From contig JAIVFI010000052.1 in the NCBI GenBank assembly GCA_025558095.1, positions 1-21,474 on the forward strand: 21,474 nucleotides of DNA. Reading direction: 5' to 3'. This DNA comes from Hyaloraphidium curvatum SAG 235-1. Lineage: Eukaryota; Fungi; Monoblepharomycota. The position numbers and the translations under genes were made by a program. Positions 1 to 10,058 of this stretch are shown here, one piece after another (position 1 is the first letter of the stretch; each line of letters begins with the position of its first letter). The notes below the pieces were generated by a model. It saw nothing but the letters and a program-made list of their open reading frames with translations, was not told where the DNA came from and made no database searches.

Positions 1-3000
1 CTTGTTGCGGAGCGCGCTGGCGAGGGCCTGCCCGCGGTCCTGCAGGCGCATGCTCGGCGAGTTGGGGAGCGAGGCGGCGCCGATCGCCGGCACCGACTTG
101 TGCGGGGTGGCGGGGGGTTCGGCGGGAGGCGGGGTCCCGGCGCCGTCGGTCGTGGCGCCTTCGGGAATCGGCAGCTTGACGATGAGCGAAGGCTTGCGCT
201 CCGGCTTCGGGGGCGCCGGGCGGGCCGCAGGCGTCTCGGGCGCGGGTGCGATCTCGCCGGGTGCAGCGGCGGAGGGCACCGTCTTGCCCATCCCCTGTTG
301 GCCCGCGGCCTGCTGTTCCTCGGCGACCGGCGCCTGCTCGCCCGTTTCCTGCGTCCCCTCGGCCTCCTCCATCGCCACGTCCCCGCCCTCTTCCTCGCCG
401 GCCTGCTCCACCATCGCACCCGGGCTCTCGACCGTCGCCGGCCCCGTCGGCGGCTCCACCTCCATCGACGTCAGCGGCGCGCCCTGCGTCGCCGGGCTCT
501 TCTCGTGCTCCTCCACCGCCTCGACGAAGTGGTCGTCGTCGGAGGAGTAGTCCACCAGAGGTAGCCCGCCGGCGCTGCGGGGCTCGGGCTCGGGAGTGGG
601 TTCGCCGGCTTCCTGCTCCGAGGGGGCCGCGGGGTGCTCGACCTGCATGCTGTCGACCGAAGCCTCGCGCGCGTCCGTCCTGTCCTCGGCGGTCTCGGTC
701 GCCGCCTCTTGCTCCGCGGCGGCGGCGGCGTCCTCCTGCGCGGGCGGCTCCTCCACAGCCGGCGTCCCGGGCCCCGCCTGCTGCTCCTCGACCGCTGCTT
801 CCGGCGCGGGTTCCGGTTCCGCCGCCTGCTCCTCCTCGGCCAGCTGCTCCTCCGCCCCGCCCTCCTTGCCCTCCTCCTCCGCAGCAGGCTGATCCTCCGA
901 CTGCGCCGTCCTGGCCCTCTTGCTCCTCCTCGGCCCCTCATCCTCCTCCGCCTCCCCCTCCTCCTCGTCCTCGTGCGCCGCCGACGCCTTGGACCTCGTC
1001 CGCCGGTTGGCCGCCGGCGCCGCCTCGGCCTGCAACCTCGCACGCTTGCCCGACCGCGACGCCCGCCTGCCTTCGTCCTCCTCCTGTTGCCCGGCGGCGG
1101 CGGCAGGGAACTCGTCCAGCGCCACCGACGCGGGCGTATCGCCCCCCGCGCTCTCCTCCTCGGGCGAGTTGAGCGCGTTCAGATCCGGCGCGCTCGCCGA
1201 CTTCCTCGGCCTCCCCGGGCGGCGCTTGCTCCCCGGCGCGGCGTCCCCGGGGGGACGGCAGCGCGCCGGGGAGGGTGACGGCGTCGACGGTGACCGAGAT
1301 GGGCGCGGGAGCTGAACCGTGGGGGGGTGCGAGCGCCGGCCGCGGCCGCGCCGGGCTTCGGGCTCCGCGTCTTGCTCCTCCTCCCGCCGCCGGTGGCTCC
1401 TCCGCCGGCGCCTCCTCCTCCTTCCCGGCCTTCTCCCGCCCTCCCCCTCGGCCGCCTCCTCCTTCCTCGGCCTCGCATCCGGGGGGAGGCGACCCCGCCG
1501 CCGCGTGCTCCTGCTGCGCGCGCTTGCTCCGCGTGACCCTGGCCATGAGCGGCTGGCTCCTCCTCGTCCTCCTCGGGCTCCTGCGCCTGAGCCGGCACCG
1601 GTTCGGGCTCCGCCTCGGCAGCCTTGCCCTTGCCCTTCCTTGTCCTTGTCCTTTTCCTTCTCCTTGTCCTTGTCCCTTGGGCGCCTCATCCCCCTCCTCG
1701 GCCGCCGGGTCGATCAGCCTCCTCCTCCTCCTCCCCTTTTCCTCCCCCTTCTCCTCCCCCTCCTCCCCCCTCTTCCCCCTCCTCGGCCTCTCCTCCTCCT
1801 CCCCCTTCTCCCCCTCCGCCTCGGTCTCCTCCCCCGCGTGCTCCCCCTCCCCCCCTCCCTTGCGCAGCTGCTCCAGCACCCCGGCCCACAGCGCGCGGCG
1901 CCGCGCGTGGCCGTCGAGGAAGTCGTTCATCGCGCGCACGTTGCTCGCCGAGACGGATTCGGGGATGTAGGACCAGCCGATGGGGTGCGCGGATTCGGAG
2001 GGGGTGGAGGAGCGCGCGGGCGGGGGGCGGGAACTCGTGGCTGGGGGCGGGTGCGCGGCGGAGGCGGGTTCGGGGACGATGTTGCGCTCGATCTGCGGGT
2101 TCCATGCCGACAAACGTCAGCCGAAGGACGGCGGACGGCGCGAGCAGGCAGGCGACCCACGTGCTTGGCCAGGTCCTTGTCCGCCCCTTCGACCGCCTTG
2201 CCCCACGCCATCAGCTTGTTCACCACCTTCTTCCTCTCGACCGGATCCTGCTCGTACCCCTCCGACGCCGCGAGGGGCAGCTCCACGCCGCTCAGCCCGG
2301 CCTCGGCGTCGGCGAACGAGTGGCCCGTGAGCAGCCCCAGCCGGCGGGCAAGGTACTTGAGGTATCCCCCCAGCGACGCAGCCACCTCCTCGAGGAAGGT
2401 GGCCATGTCCGGGTAGCCCCCCTTTTCGACGCGGTTCTCGATGGCCTGCAGCGAGGGCACGCTGGTCGGGAACGAGCGCGGGGGCGCGGAAACGAAGTTG
2501 GGGTCGAACGGGATGAACAGCGGGGTCTTGGTGCTCTGCTTGCGCCCCGAGAGCACGGTCAGCAGCCCCCGGACGGCGTAGAGCGTGTCGGGGTGCATGG
2601 CGCCGGGGACGGGGGATTTGCTGTCCGCGGGGGGGTGGTGCAGCTGGCGGAGGGGCTCGGGGGGTTCCGTTCGCCTAAAGTGGGGGGAAATACGGGAGTG
2701 AGTGGCATGGATAAGGGGCGGAGGACAACGCACCGCCGCTTCCTGGCGTCCTCCCTCGCGTTCTTTGGCGGCGGGTCGCCGGCGTCGGACGCCTCGTCGT
2801 TGGGCAGCTTCAGCACGGGGCTGCTGCTCCGCACCGAGTCGCGTGCGCGGCCGCGGCGGCCCTCTGACGCGTCCGACAGCTCGTGCTCCGAGAGGCCCGA
2901 CGAGGCGGCCGAGGGCGAGCGCTCGGGCGCGGCGGGCGGCTCGGCGCGGTCGGCGGCCCTGCCGCGCTGCCTGGGCTCCTTTGGCTGCTCGGGCTGCCCG

Positions 3001-3380
3001 GACTGCCCGGGCCTGGCGTCCTTAGCGTCCTTGGCATCCCTGTCCCTCGGATCCCGCGCCTCCCTCCCCTCCCTTGGGTCCGGCCTGGGGTCCTTCCCCT
3101 CCCTCGGTTGCGGCCCGGGGCTCCCGCTGCCGTCCCTGTCGCCGCGCCGCCGCCTGCCCGCGGCCTCCATCTCGCGCTTCTGCTCGGCGGCCGACGGGCC
3201 GAACCGGCCGCGCGGCGGGTTTGCGGGCGGCGCCGAGGCGGGGGCCGCCTTGTGCGCTGCGGCTTTGCCCTTCGCGGGCGGCGGCGGCGGCGTGGCGCGC
3301 GCGGGCGGGGGCGTCTTGCGGCCCGTGTCGCCGAAAATGTCCGAGATCACGTTGCCGCCGCCCTTGGCCTTGGGCGGCAT
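1..3380 (-). CDS. Large low-complexity nuclear/chromatin protein with a degenerate bromodomain-like region and an AT-hook; exons 3380-2734, 2674-2161, 2092-<1; 3' end lies outside the window; apparent frameshifts between ~1380 and ~1860
   Basis: ATG at 3380 (MPPKAKGGGNVISDIFG). Intron 2733-2675 (GTGCGT...TTTAG) joins KRR|RTEPPE in frame. Intron 2160-2093 (GTGGGT...CTGAC...CCGCAG) joins AKH|IERNIVPE. Exon 2 has TPLFIPFDPN...PSLQAIENRVEKGGYPDMATFLEEV. From ~1380 to 1 there is one open, Glu-rich frame containing KRRPGRPRK (~1200-1228). This frame is absent from the ORF track because it has no stop in the window. Confidence 0.75.
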
Positions 3381-4277
3381 CTTGAACGACGGGTGGAGGG
3401 AAACCAGGAGCGGACCGTGCGGAACAACAGCGCGTCTCAACACCGGCCCGTGTTTCAATATGGAGGTCCGTCCCGGCCGCCGCCGGAGAGTGGAACTGTT
3501 CAGCTGGCGCTCGTGGCGTCGCACTATGCTGGAATTCGGCCTCGCCAGCCGCTCGACGTGGGACCTCGTGCGGCCCTCGCTGGACACAACCCGGGGATCG
3601 CGCGCGGAAACCGGCCGACGCCGCCGTGAGATTGCTGGCGAGGACCGACGGCAACGCGCCGCGGTTTCGCGTTCCCGTTGTCCGCGGCGGCGGCCCCACC
3701 CTGCGGTCGGACATCCCCTTGGATTCCGCGGCCCTCCAGGCCGTCAAAAGCAGCGACCGTGCTGTCGCCGACGAATGCTCCCATCTAGCTTCTCGAAACA
3801 ATCTCATACCGCTTTCCGCGGGCCATCTTGCACGGCGTGGGGCAGGCGAGGGTGTACATCCCCGTTGCCTCGTGTCGCCCGCCCGGACCCATTGCGCCGG
3901 ACCAAAGATGCCTGCTGACCAAAGACGTTTTCGCGCGACCTCCAAGCGCCCATCTCGTCGTCAGGGATCCCCCGCCCGCACAAGGGGTCGAGGTCGCGGT
4001 TGTCGAGGGCCGAGCGGGCGGAATGCGTAGCAATCTACGTCTTCCGCAGCGAATGCGGGGCGGCCTCGGCCCGCGGCCAGCTTCCCATGCGCAAATCCCG
4101 CCCACAATCGATGCTCGGTGATGCACGCCCGGCGCTTCCGCTGCATGCCAGCAAGGCCGATCGCCGTGTGGACCCCGCGATCGTGCACAGCCGGGGAACC
4201 CAAGCCCCGAACGAACCCCCGAACGAACCCTCGAGGTCGGCCGGGCACTCTCCCGGCCCACCGCTCCCCGCGGCCGA

Positions 4278-4646
4278 ATGGCGCTGCCGCCGGCGTATTT
4301 CGCCGCGCAGCTTTCCGCGCTCGCGGCGGTGTTTTTCTTCGCGACGCGTGCGCCGCGTGCGCTGCTGGCCCTGGTGCTCCTGTCGTCGGCGTTCATCCTG
4401 GCGCGGGCGCCGATGTCGCCTGCGGAGCGCGCCAAGGTCGCGGCCGAGCTGCCGCTGGGGCTGGGCGCGGTGCTTGCTTTCCCGCTGCTGCCGCCGGGGC
4501 CGCGCGCGCGCCTCCTGCCGCGCTTCTCGCGCTTCGTGGACGCGGCCGTGCTGGCCAACGTCGCCGGGCCGGGGGCCGACGCAGCAATGGCGGGGGTTGC
4601 GTGGTGCGTGGCCGGCTATGCGGCCTACCGGACGTGGCGCATGTAG
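4278..4646 (+). CDS. Small hypothetical multi-pass membrane protein (122 aa)
   Basis: ATG-to-TAG ORF with 3-4 hydrophobic segments (LSALAAVFFFA, LLALVLLSSAFIL, LGLGAVLAFPLL, MAGVAWCVAGYAAY). Its composition is unlike the Arg/Pro-rich shadow ORFs. It is divergent from the gene starting at 3380. Confidence 0.55.
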   Translation: MALPPAYFAAQLSALAAVFFFATRAPRALLALVLLSSAFILARAPMSPAERAKVAAELPLGLGAVLAFPLLPPGPRARLLPRFSRFVDAAVLANVAGPGADAAMAGVAWCVAGYAAYRTWRM

Positions 4647-5132
4647 GCGTGGAAAGGTCGATGTTCGAGCCGGGACGGGAACGCACGAAGGCGCGAGGCG
4701 CGTGGAGTCCGTTCTGGTCCGAAGCGTACTCGGCTACTTGGCCTACGGGACGGATGACCAACCGGACGGCCTGCGCGGCATCCTCCATCTCGACGCGTCT
4801 CGCAGGCCGCTCGCAGTTCCGCCCCGACGGGGCGCTGAGCGATCAATCGCGCCCATCCAGCGCCTCAGGCGCGGACTTGTTTTGCTCCGACAGCCAGAGG
4901 ACCTCGCTCGCAACGGGGACACCGCCGGCAAGGCCGGGGACTAGGCGAGCGATCCTATCAGAGGAAGTGATCAAGCCGCCCGCACCAGACCTCTGTTTGC
5001 TAAGGAAGCTATGGTCGTGGCGGCGCCCGAAGCACTTGTTGAGAACTGGGTTGAGATTTGGCGAGCCGCGCACTCGCAGGTCGATTAGCCCCCTCCCGAG
5101 CCCCACCGCCGAGCGCCCGACGCGTTTTCGCA

Positions 5133-6234
5133 ATGGACGCGTCCCGAGATGTGCCTTCCGCGGCGGCGGACGTGCCCCTCGCGGCCCAGGACGCGGGCGA
5201 CGCTTCGCCGGAAGACCCCCCGATCCTCCCCGCGGAGCTGCTCATCCTCGTCTTCCGGCATCTGGAGGCAATGCGCTGCAAAGCGACCCTTTTAAAGTGC
5301 GGCCTCGCGAGCAAGGGGGCGCTCGGGCTCGTCCTTCCTCTGCTCTACAGCCGGATCACGTCCGCGGACGCGCGGCGCCCGTCGTTCCTCGCCGCGGCCC
5401 GGAAGCACGGGCCTGGTGCAGATTCTGGACCTGAGCAGCTCAAGGGTCGGCCTGGCACTGACGGCCGCGTGCCTCGCATTGTTTGTGGACCTGCGCGAGC
5501 TCCGCCTCGCGGTGTGGCACGGCTGGAGCGAATGGGACGGCGAAGGGACCGTTTTCGGGCTCGTCGCGGCCCTCCAGAAGCTGGAGAAGCTGGACGTGCG
5601 AGCTGTCGGGAACGAGGCATCGGAGCTCCGCATTTCCTTGCCGCCGTCGCTGCGGCACGTTTCGTGGTCGGGCACGGTCCCGTCCGACACAGGTCGGCTC
5701 GCAGCTGCGCTGGGTACGGCGAACCTGGAGACCCTGCGGCTCGACATCGGCGGCAACTTCGTGTACGGCCTCTTTGTGCGCCTGGATCCGTTTCCCCGCG
5801 CCGTTTCGGCGATCGATTCGCTGTCGTTGCGCGTCGGCGATCTGGGGCAGGCCGAGCATCTGTTCCGGAACCCCGCCTTTTCGCCCAGCGAGCTGCGGAT
5901 CAGCTTCCACCATCCCGGCCTCTTCGAGCCGCCGCTTATCCCGGGGTCGCTGCGCGGCGTGACCGGGCTGCGAGCGCTGGAGCTCGTGGGCGGGAAGACG
6001 GGCTGGTTGCTCCAGCTCGTGAACGCGCTGCCCCCGGCAAGGCGGCTCGTGCTCCGCGGCTTCGTCCCCACCATGCACAGGATCTCGCTTCCCGCCGCCG
6101 CGGGGATGCTGCAGGACTACGAGGACGTGGCGGTCTCCGAGCTCGACTTGGTGGAAGACGACGAGGATGGGGCGGCGGAAACGGAAATGTGGAGGAGGAT
6201 TACGGGCGGGCGTTACTCCGAGGCCGAGAGGTAA
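5133..6234 (+). CDS. F-box-like/LRR-like family member A, with a frameshift at ~5412 (pseudogene or sequence error)
   Basis: N-terminus ILPAELLILVFRHLEAMRCKATLLKCGLASK is F-box-like. The frame changes at CAC GGG C CTG GTG, where paralog D reads HADLVRIL, and continues VQILDL...LRELRL...LEKLDV...LETLRLD...LRALEL (LxxLxL repeats) to EMWRRITGGRYSEAER*. Confidence 0.75.
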
Positions 6235-6253
6235 ACGGCGTCTTGGAGCTGGT

Positions 6254-6620
6254 GTAAACCGCCTGAGTTGGCGGGCCGAGATCCCGGCGTCCGTGGCGGC
6301 AAGCGGGCACTCTTGGCATCCGGCCCTCTCTCAGCGGTCTTGGAGGTCGGGACACATACTCATGCTCGCAAACGGCTCCCCCGAGCATGTCGTGGACCTG
6401 GGGAACACGCGCCTCCGACAAAGCTGCTCATCACCTCGCACTTTGGCACTACGCCGAACGCGGAACTGCTCCCGGCTCTGGAGGAGATGATGGGGCGGTT
6501 CCCTTTCGAGCAAGTCGAAGTGATTGGATTCAGTGAGGACGTGTGCACAGGTCCAGACGTGGAAGCCGAAAGGGAGCTGTGGAGGAAGATCGCCCGCGGG
6601 CGGTTCTCGGAGTACTGGCA
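6254..6620 (+). pseudogene. Fragment B of the same F-box/LRR-like family (C-terminal pieces only, internal deletion and frameshift)
   Basis: VNRLSWRAEIPASV matches LRHVSWSGTVPSDT and LKHLSWAGGFPADV. ILMLANGSPEHVVDLGN matches LELVGGKTGWLLQLVN. In another frame EAERELWRKIARGRFSE matches the family C-terminal motif. No F-box N-terminus is visible. Confidence 0.6.
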
Positions 6621-7416
6621 AAGTGCGGGTCAAGATACGGAGCTGGACGATTGGTCGAGGGACGTTCGAGAGGCGTTGGACCCCGCGGAAGGACATTGGG
6701 TGGGACGGAGGTTGGCATTTCAAGACCATGGTATCACATTGATAGAACCGTCGACACAGTTGTCTCTCGCCCGGACCAGCGTGCGGTCCTTGGTCCCGCA
6801 TCGGCGACGGCACGTTCGGTCCGCCTTCCCGGCTCCAGCTCCACGGCCCGGCTTTTCCTCGCCCCGCACGGACGGGCCGCAGCTCCCCGCGGCCCTTGTG
6901 CACGGGGCGGGCCTCCCGCCCGGGTCGCACCTCCGACCGGCGGAAGCCCGCCACGCCGCACGTCCGTCCCGGGGTTCCGATCGCACGGCCATGCTGCGCG
7001 GCGGGCCGGGCAAACGGCGGGCTTCGCGCCGGGAGACGCGCGCGGGGGGTGGTGCGGGGGCATGCGAGCCGGCCTCGGCACGATGCGGGGGTCCAAGCAA
7101 GGGGGTTCGTTCGGGTCGGTCCCGGCCCCGGGGGGACGTCGGGTCGACGAGCACGGGGACCGACCGGTCCGCGCGCACCCCAAGGGGGTCCCGCTAACCC
7201 GATCCCTCGACTGCGGTCCGGGCTTTCTCCCCGGAAAGCGGAGGTGCGGAGGGTAGGGATCCGGGATCCCCTTACGGCGGCGGCTTCCCGTCCCTTGGAG
7301 CTCGGTGCGGGAGGGGCTTCCCCGCGGCGAGGCGCCCCGAAACGGCCCCCGCGATCCGGAGATGCCCATCGCTCGTCCGTCCGCCGCTTCGCAGGTCCAG
7401 GCCCCCCCAGTGCGGG

Positions 7417-7716
7417 TCAAATCAGCAGGCTCGGCAGCCCCTCCCCCGGCGTCCCCCCGTCCTCCTCGGGCGGCCACGGCGCCTCCTCCTCCGCGTCCGG
7501 GACCACGGGCGGCTCCCACCCGCGATCGAGCCAGCCGCGTTCGGGGAGGTGCGGCGGGGCGGCGGGAGCCCACGAGTCCGGCGGGGGGTCTGCGTCGGCT
7601 GGGTCGGGCGGGGGCACGGGGAAGGCGGAGGCGGGCGACGCGAGGAGGAGGAGGAGGGGGAGCAGGAGGAGGAGGGCCGGGCGGGGGAGCGGCCGGCGGG
7701 GGCGCGGGGGCGGCAT
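7417..7716 (-). CDS. Small secreted Pro/Trp/acidic peptide 1 (99 aa)
   Basis: MPPPRPRRPLPRPALLLLLPLLLLLASPASA-FPVP is a classic signal peptide (basic n-region, Leu h-region, ASA cleavage site). The mature part contains DSWA, RGW twice and WPPEE. Confidence 0.7.
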   Translation of the reverse strand: MPPPRPRRPLPRPALLLLLPLLLLLASPASAFPVPPPDPADADPPPDSWAPAAPPHLPERGWLDRGWEPPVVPDAEEEAPWPPEEDGGTPGEGLPSLLI

Positions 7717-7988
7717 GGCGGGGGTCGGCCGGTCGGGTGCGGGGCGTGGCGGGCGGGTGCCGCGTCTCCCCGGCGCTGCGGGCGCGATGCGGGTGCGGCG
7801 TGCGGCGGGACGGCACCGGGACTTGCCGGCAGACGTCCGGGGCCGTTGCCACACCGTGTCGGTCCCCCGTCAGCAGGCAGGCTGCGCGCGGTGAGTCGGC
7901 GCCGACCGCGCATCGCCGACCTCGACCGCACACACCAAACACCGCCGCACGCCTGCCCCCGCGCCGCCGCCCGCCGCCGCCCGCCGCA

Positions 7989-8279
7989 ATGATCCTCCGA
8001 AGCACAGGTGCGCACCGCCGGGGCCCGCACGCCGCCGCCGCTCACCCCCCGCCCGCCCGCCAAGCCCCCCTGCTGCTCGCCGCGCTGCTCCTCCTCGCCC
8101 TGCTCCCCCCCGCCCTCCCGGCACCGTTCCCGCGGCTCCCCACCGACGAGCCCTCGTGGGCGCAGCTGCTCCCCTCCGCTGACGGCGGCTGGGCCGCCGG
8201 CCTCCCCGCGCAGCACCCGCCCCCCGCGGACACGGACGCCGACGACGGCGGCCCCGAGGTGTGGCCGCCGGACGAGTAG
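7989..8279 (+). CDS. Small secreted Pro/Trp/acidic peptide 2 (96 aa unspliced; 77 aa if the in-frame intron 8008-8064 is removed)
   Basis: Hydrophobic LLLAALLLLALLPPALP-AP. A putative 57-bp intron (GTGCGC...CTCAC...CAAG) gives a canonical signal peptide, MILRSTAPLLLAALLLL. The mature part contains PSWA, GGW and WPPDE*. AATAAA lies downstream at 8458-8463. Confidence 0.65.
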   Translation: MILRSTGAHRRGPHAAAAHPPPARQAPLLLAALLLLALLPPALPAPFPRLPTDEPSWAQLLPSADGGWAAGLPAQHPPPADTDADDGGPEVWPPDE

Positions 8280-8453
8280 CCCCCCGCCGCCGCCTCCCCC
8301 CACCCTCCTCCGCACGACCCGCGCGGCCCGCGCCCCGGCCGACGCCGCCGCACGCGCGGGAGGCACCCCCTCCACTGCTCTGGGCGGCCCCCGCACGCCC
8401 GCCCCCACCTACGACGCACCCCCGCGCACAATATCGCACGAAACCCCATCTAC

Positions 8454-8463
8454 TGTAAATAAA
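8454..8463 (+). promoter_or_regulatory. Candidate polyadenylation signal (TGTAAATAAA) for peptide gene 2
   Basis: Overlapping TGTAA and AATAAA in a short AT-rich patch ~180 bp downstream of the TAG at 8279, within otherwise very GC-rich sequence. Confidence 0.4.
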
Positions 8464-9232
8464 CGATGGTTACACCCGTTCTACATCCGATTCGGTCGCG
8501 CCGATCCGGCTTCCGTCCGGATGCGGAGCCGCAGGGTCCGCCCGGCCGGCCGCCGCAGGGCCCCGCAGGCCGGTTTCCGCCCCGCGAGAACCCATCGCCG
8601 GCCGGCCGGCCGGTCCCCGCCGATCCGCATCCGCCTTCCGCTCCGACGGCGTCCCCGGCATCGATGCCCGCACGATGGGGCGCTGCTGTGGCAACCTTCC
8701 TCAACCCCCGGGCGGTGCCGACAAAGGGTCCGCAGATCCCCTATCCCCATCCCCATGTCCTTTGGCGGTGCCGGCCGGCTTGGCGGTGTCGTCCGCGCCC
8801 TTTGGCGGTGCCGTCGATGGTGAGGGGGAGGGGCGGACGGGAGCGGCGCGTGCTGGGTTGGGTTGGGTCCGGGTTCGGGCGCTGCGGAGCGGCAGCACAG
8901 CGTGCCGGCCGGGGTGGGACGCGGCCGCCGGCGGCTTCCCCCTCTTTGCGATGCATCCGTCCGCTGCGCGGCCCGTCCCGCCCGCGAACCCCCCCAAAGT
9001 GTGCTCGCGGCGGGGCGAACGGCGTCCCCGGGCGGGAGGTCTGCCGAGAAGGGCGACCGCGGGCTTCCGGAGAGTTCCGGGCCGTCCGCGGCCGGGCGAA
9101 GAAAATAGACCGCTGGTTGTATCAAGGGGCCCAATGCCGTCGCTATATCCACGATGTTGCCACCGGAATCCCGCACGCCGAACTGGCGCCATTCATCCCT
9201 CAGCGAAGCGACGCTACGGCGGCGACGCTCCC

Positions 9233-9960
9233 TCATTGCTCCTCCGAACGTCTCCCGCCCGTGATCCTCCTCCACATTTCCCCATTCTCGTCACCGTTCA
9301 CGAAAGCGGGTTCGGAAACGACCGCGTTCTCGTGGTTCTGCAGCAGATTATCCAAAGCACGCTGGTGCCTTCGGAGGTGGGAGTGAAGTCCCGGAGCACG
9401 AGTTGCCTTGCCGGCGGGAGCGCGTCCCCAAGGTCGAGCAGCCAGGGCTTCCGCCCGCTCACAAGCTCCAGCACGTCCTCTGGGTCGGCGAAGCCCACGC
9501 CATCGAAGGAGATTCGCAGCCTGCGAGGAGTGAAGCCGGGGTTTCCGAACAGATCTTCGGCGTGCTCCAGATCGGCAACGTGCAACGATATCATATCGAT
9601 CACGGAGACTACGTGGGCGAGCGGTTTGAGGTGCATGAAGAAGCTGTCGATACCGTCGCCATCGAAGTCGAACTCCAGGGTTTCCAGGTTCGCAGCCCCG
9701 AGCGCGTTCGCGAATGCATGTTCGGTTGTCCGGCGGCGCCTCCGACCACAAGAGGTGCTTCAGTGATGGCGGTAGGAGAACCTGGAGAAGAGGTTGGCCA
9801 AATGCCGGGGCGCGCACGTGCACGTGGAGCTTCTCGAGCTTCGGGATGGCCGCAATGAGCCCGAAAACGGCCCCTTCGTCTTCCCAGTTGGACGGCATCG
9901 CGAAGCGCAGCTCCCGCAGGTTCCCAAAGGGCGCAACAAATGCTGCTCGTAAGTCCTATT
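9233..9960 (-). pseudogene. F-box/LRR-like family member C, 5'-truncated, with at least two frameshifts
   Basis: PFGNLRELRFAMPSNWEDEGAVFGLIAAIPKLEKLHV aligns with member A (LRELRLAVWHGWSEWDGEGTVFGLVAALQKLEKLDV). The frame shifts at ~9730 into ALGAANLETLEFD...LEHAEDLFGNPGFTPRRLRISF...LPPARQLVLRDFTPT. It shifts again at ~9360 into EMWRRITGGRRSEEQ*. There is an upstream in-frame TAG at ~9956. Confidence 0.75.
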
Positions 9961-10058
9961 TCATGCAGGCGCCAGCCATGGACGTGCAGCCTTTCGCCTG
10001 CACGTCATTGCGCCCATTTGATTTGCTCAGCTCCTTGCCCCGCCCGTCCTGACGTCCC

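Noticed and set aside
1624-3918. 764-aa plus-strand ORF and the other long + ORFs in 2-2416
   Set aside because: These are antisense shadows of the spliced minus-strand gene. Stop codons are rare at this GC content.
6734-7400. ORFs and short inverted repeats (7114-7123/7156-7165; GGGATCCGGGATCCC at 7256-7270)
   Set aside because: There are no recognisable protein features, and 10-bp stems are expected by chance in sequence this GC-rich.
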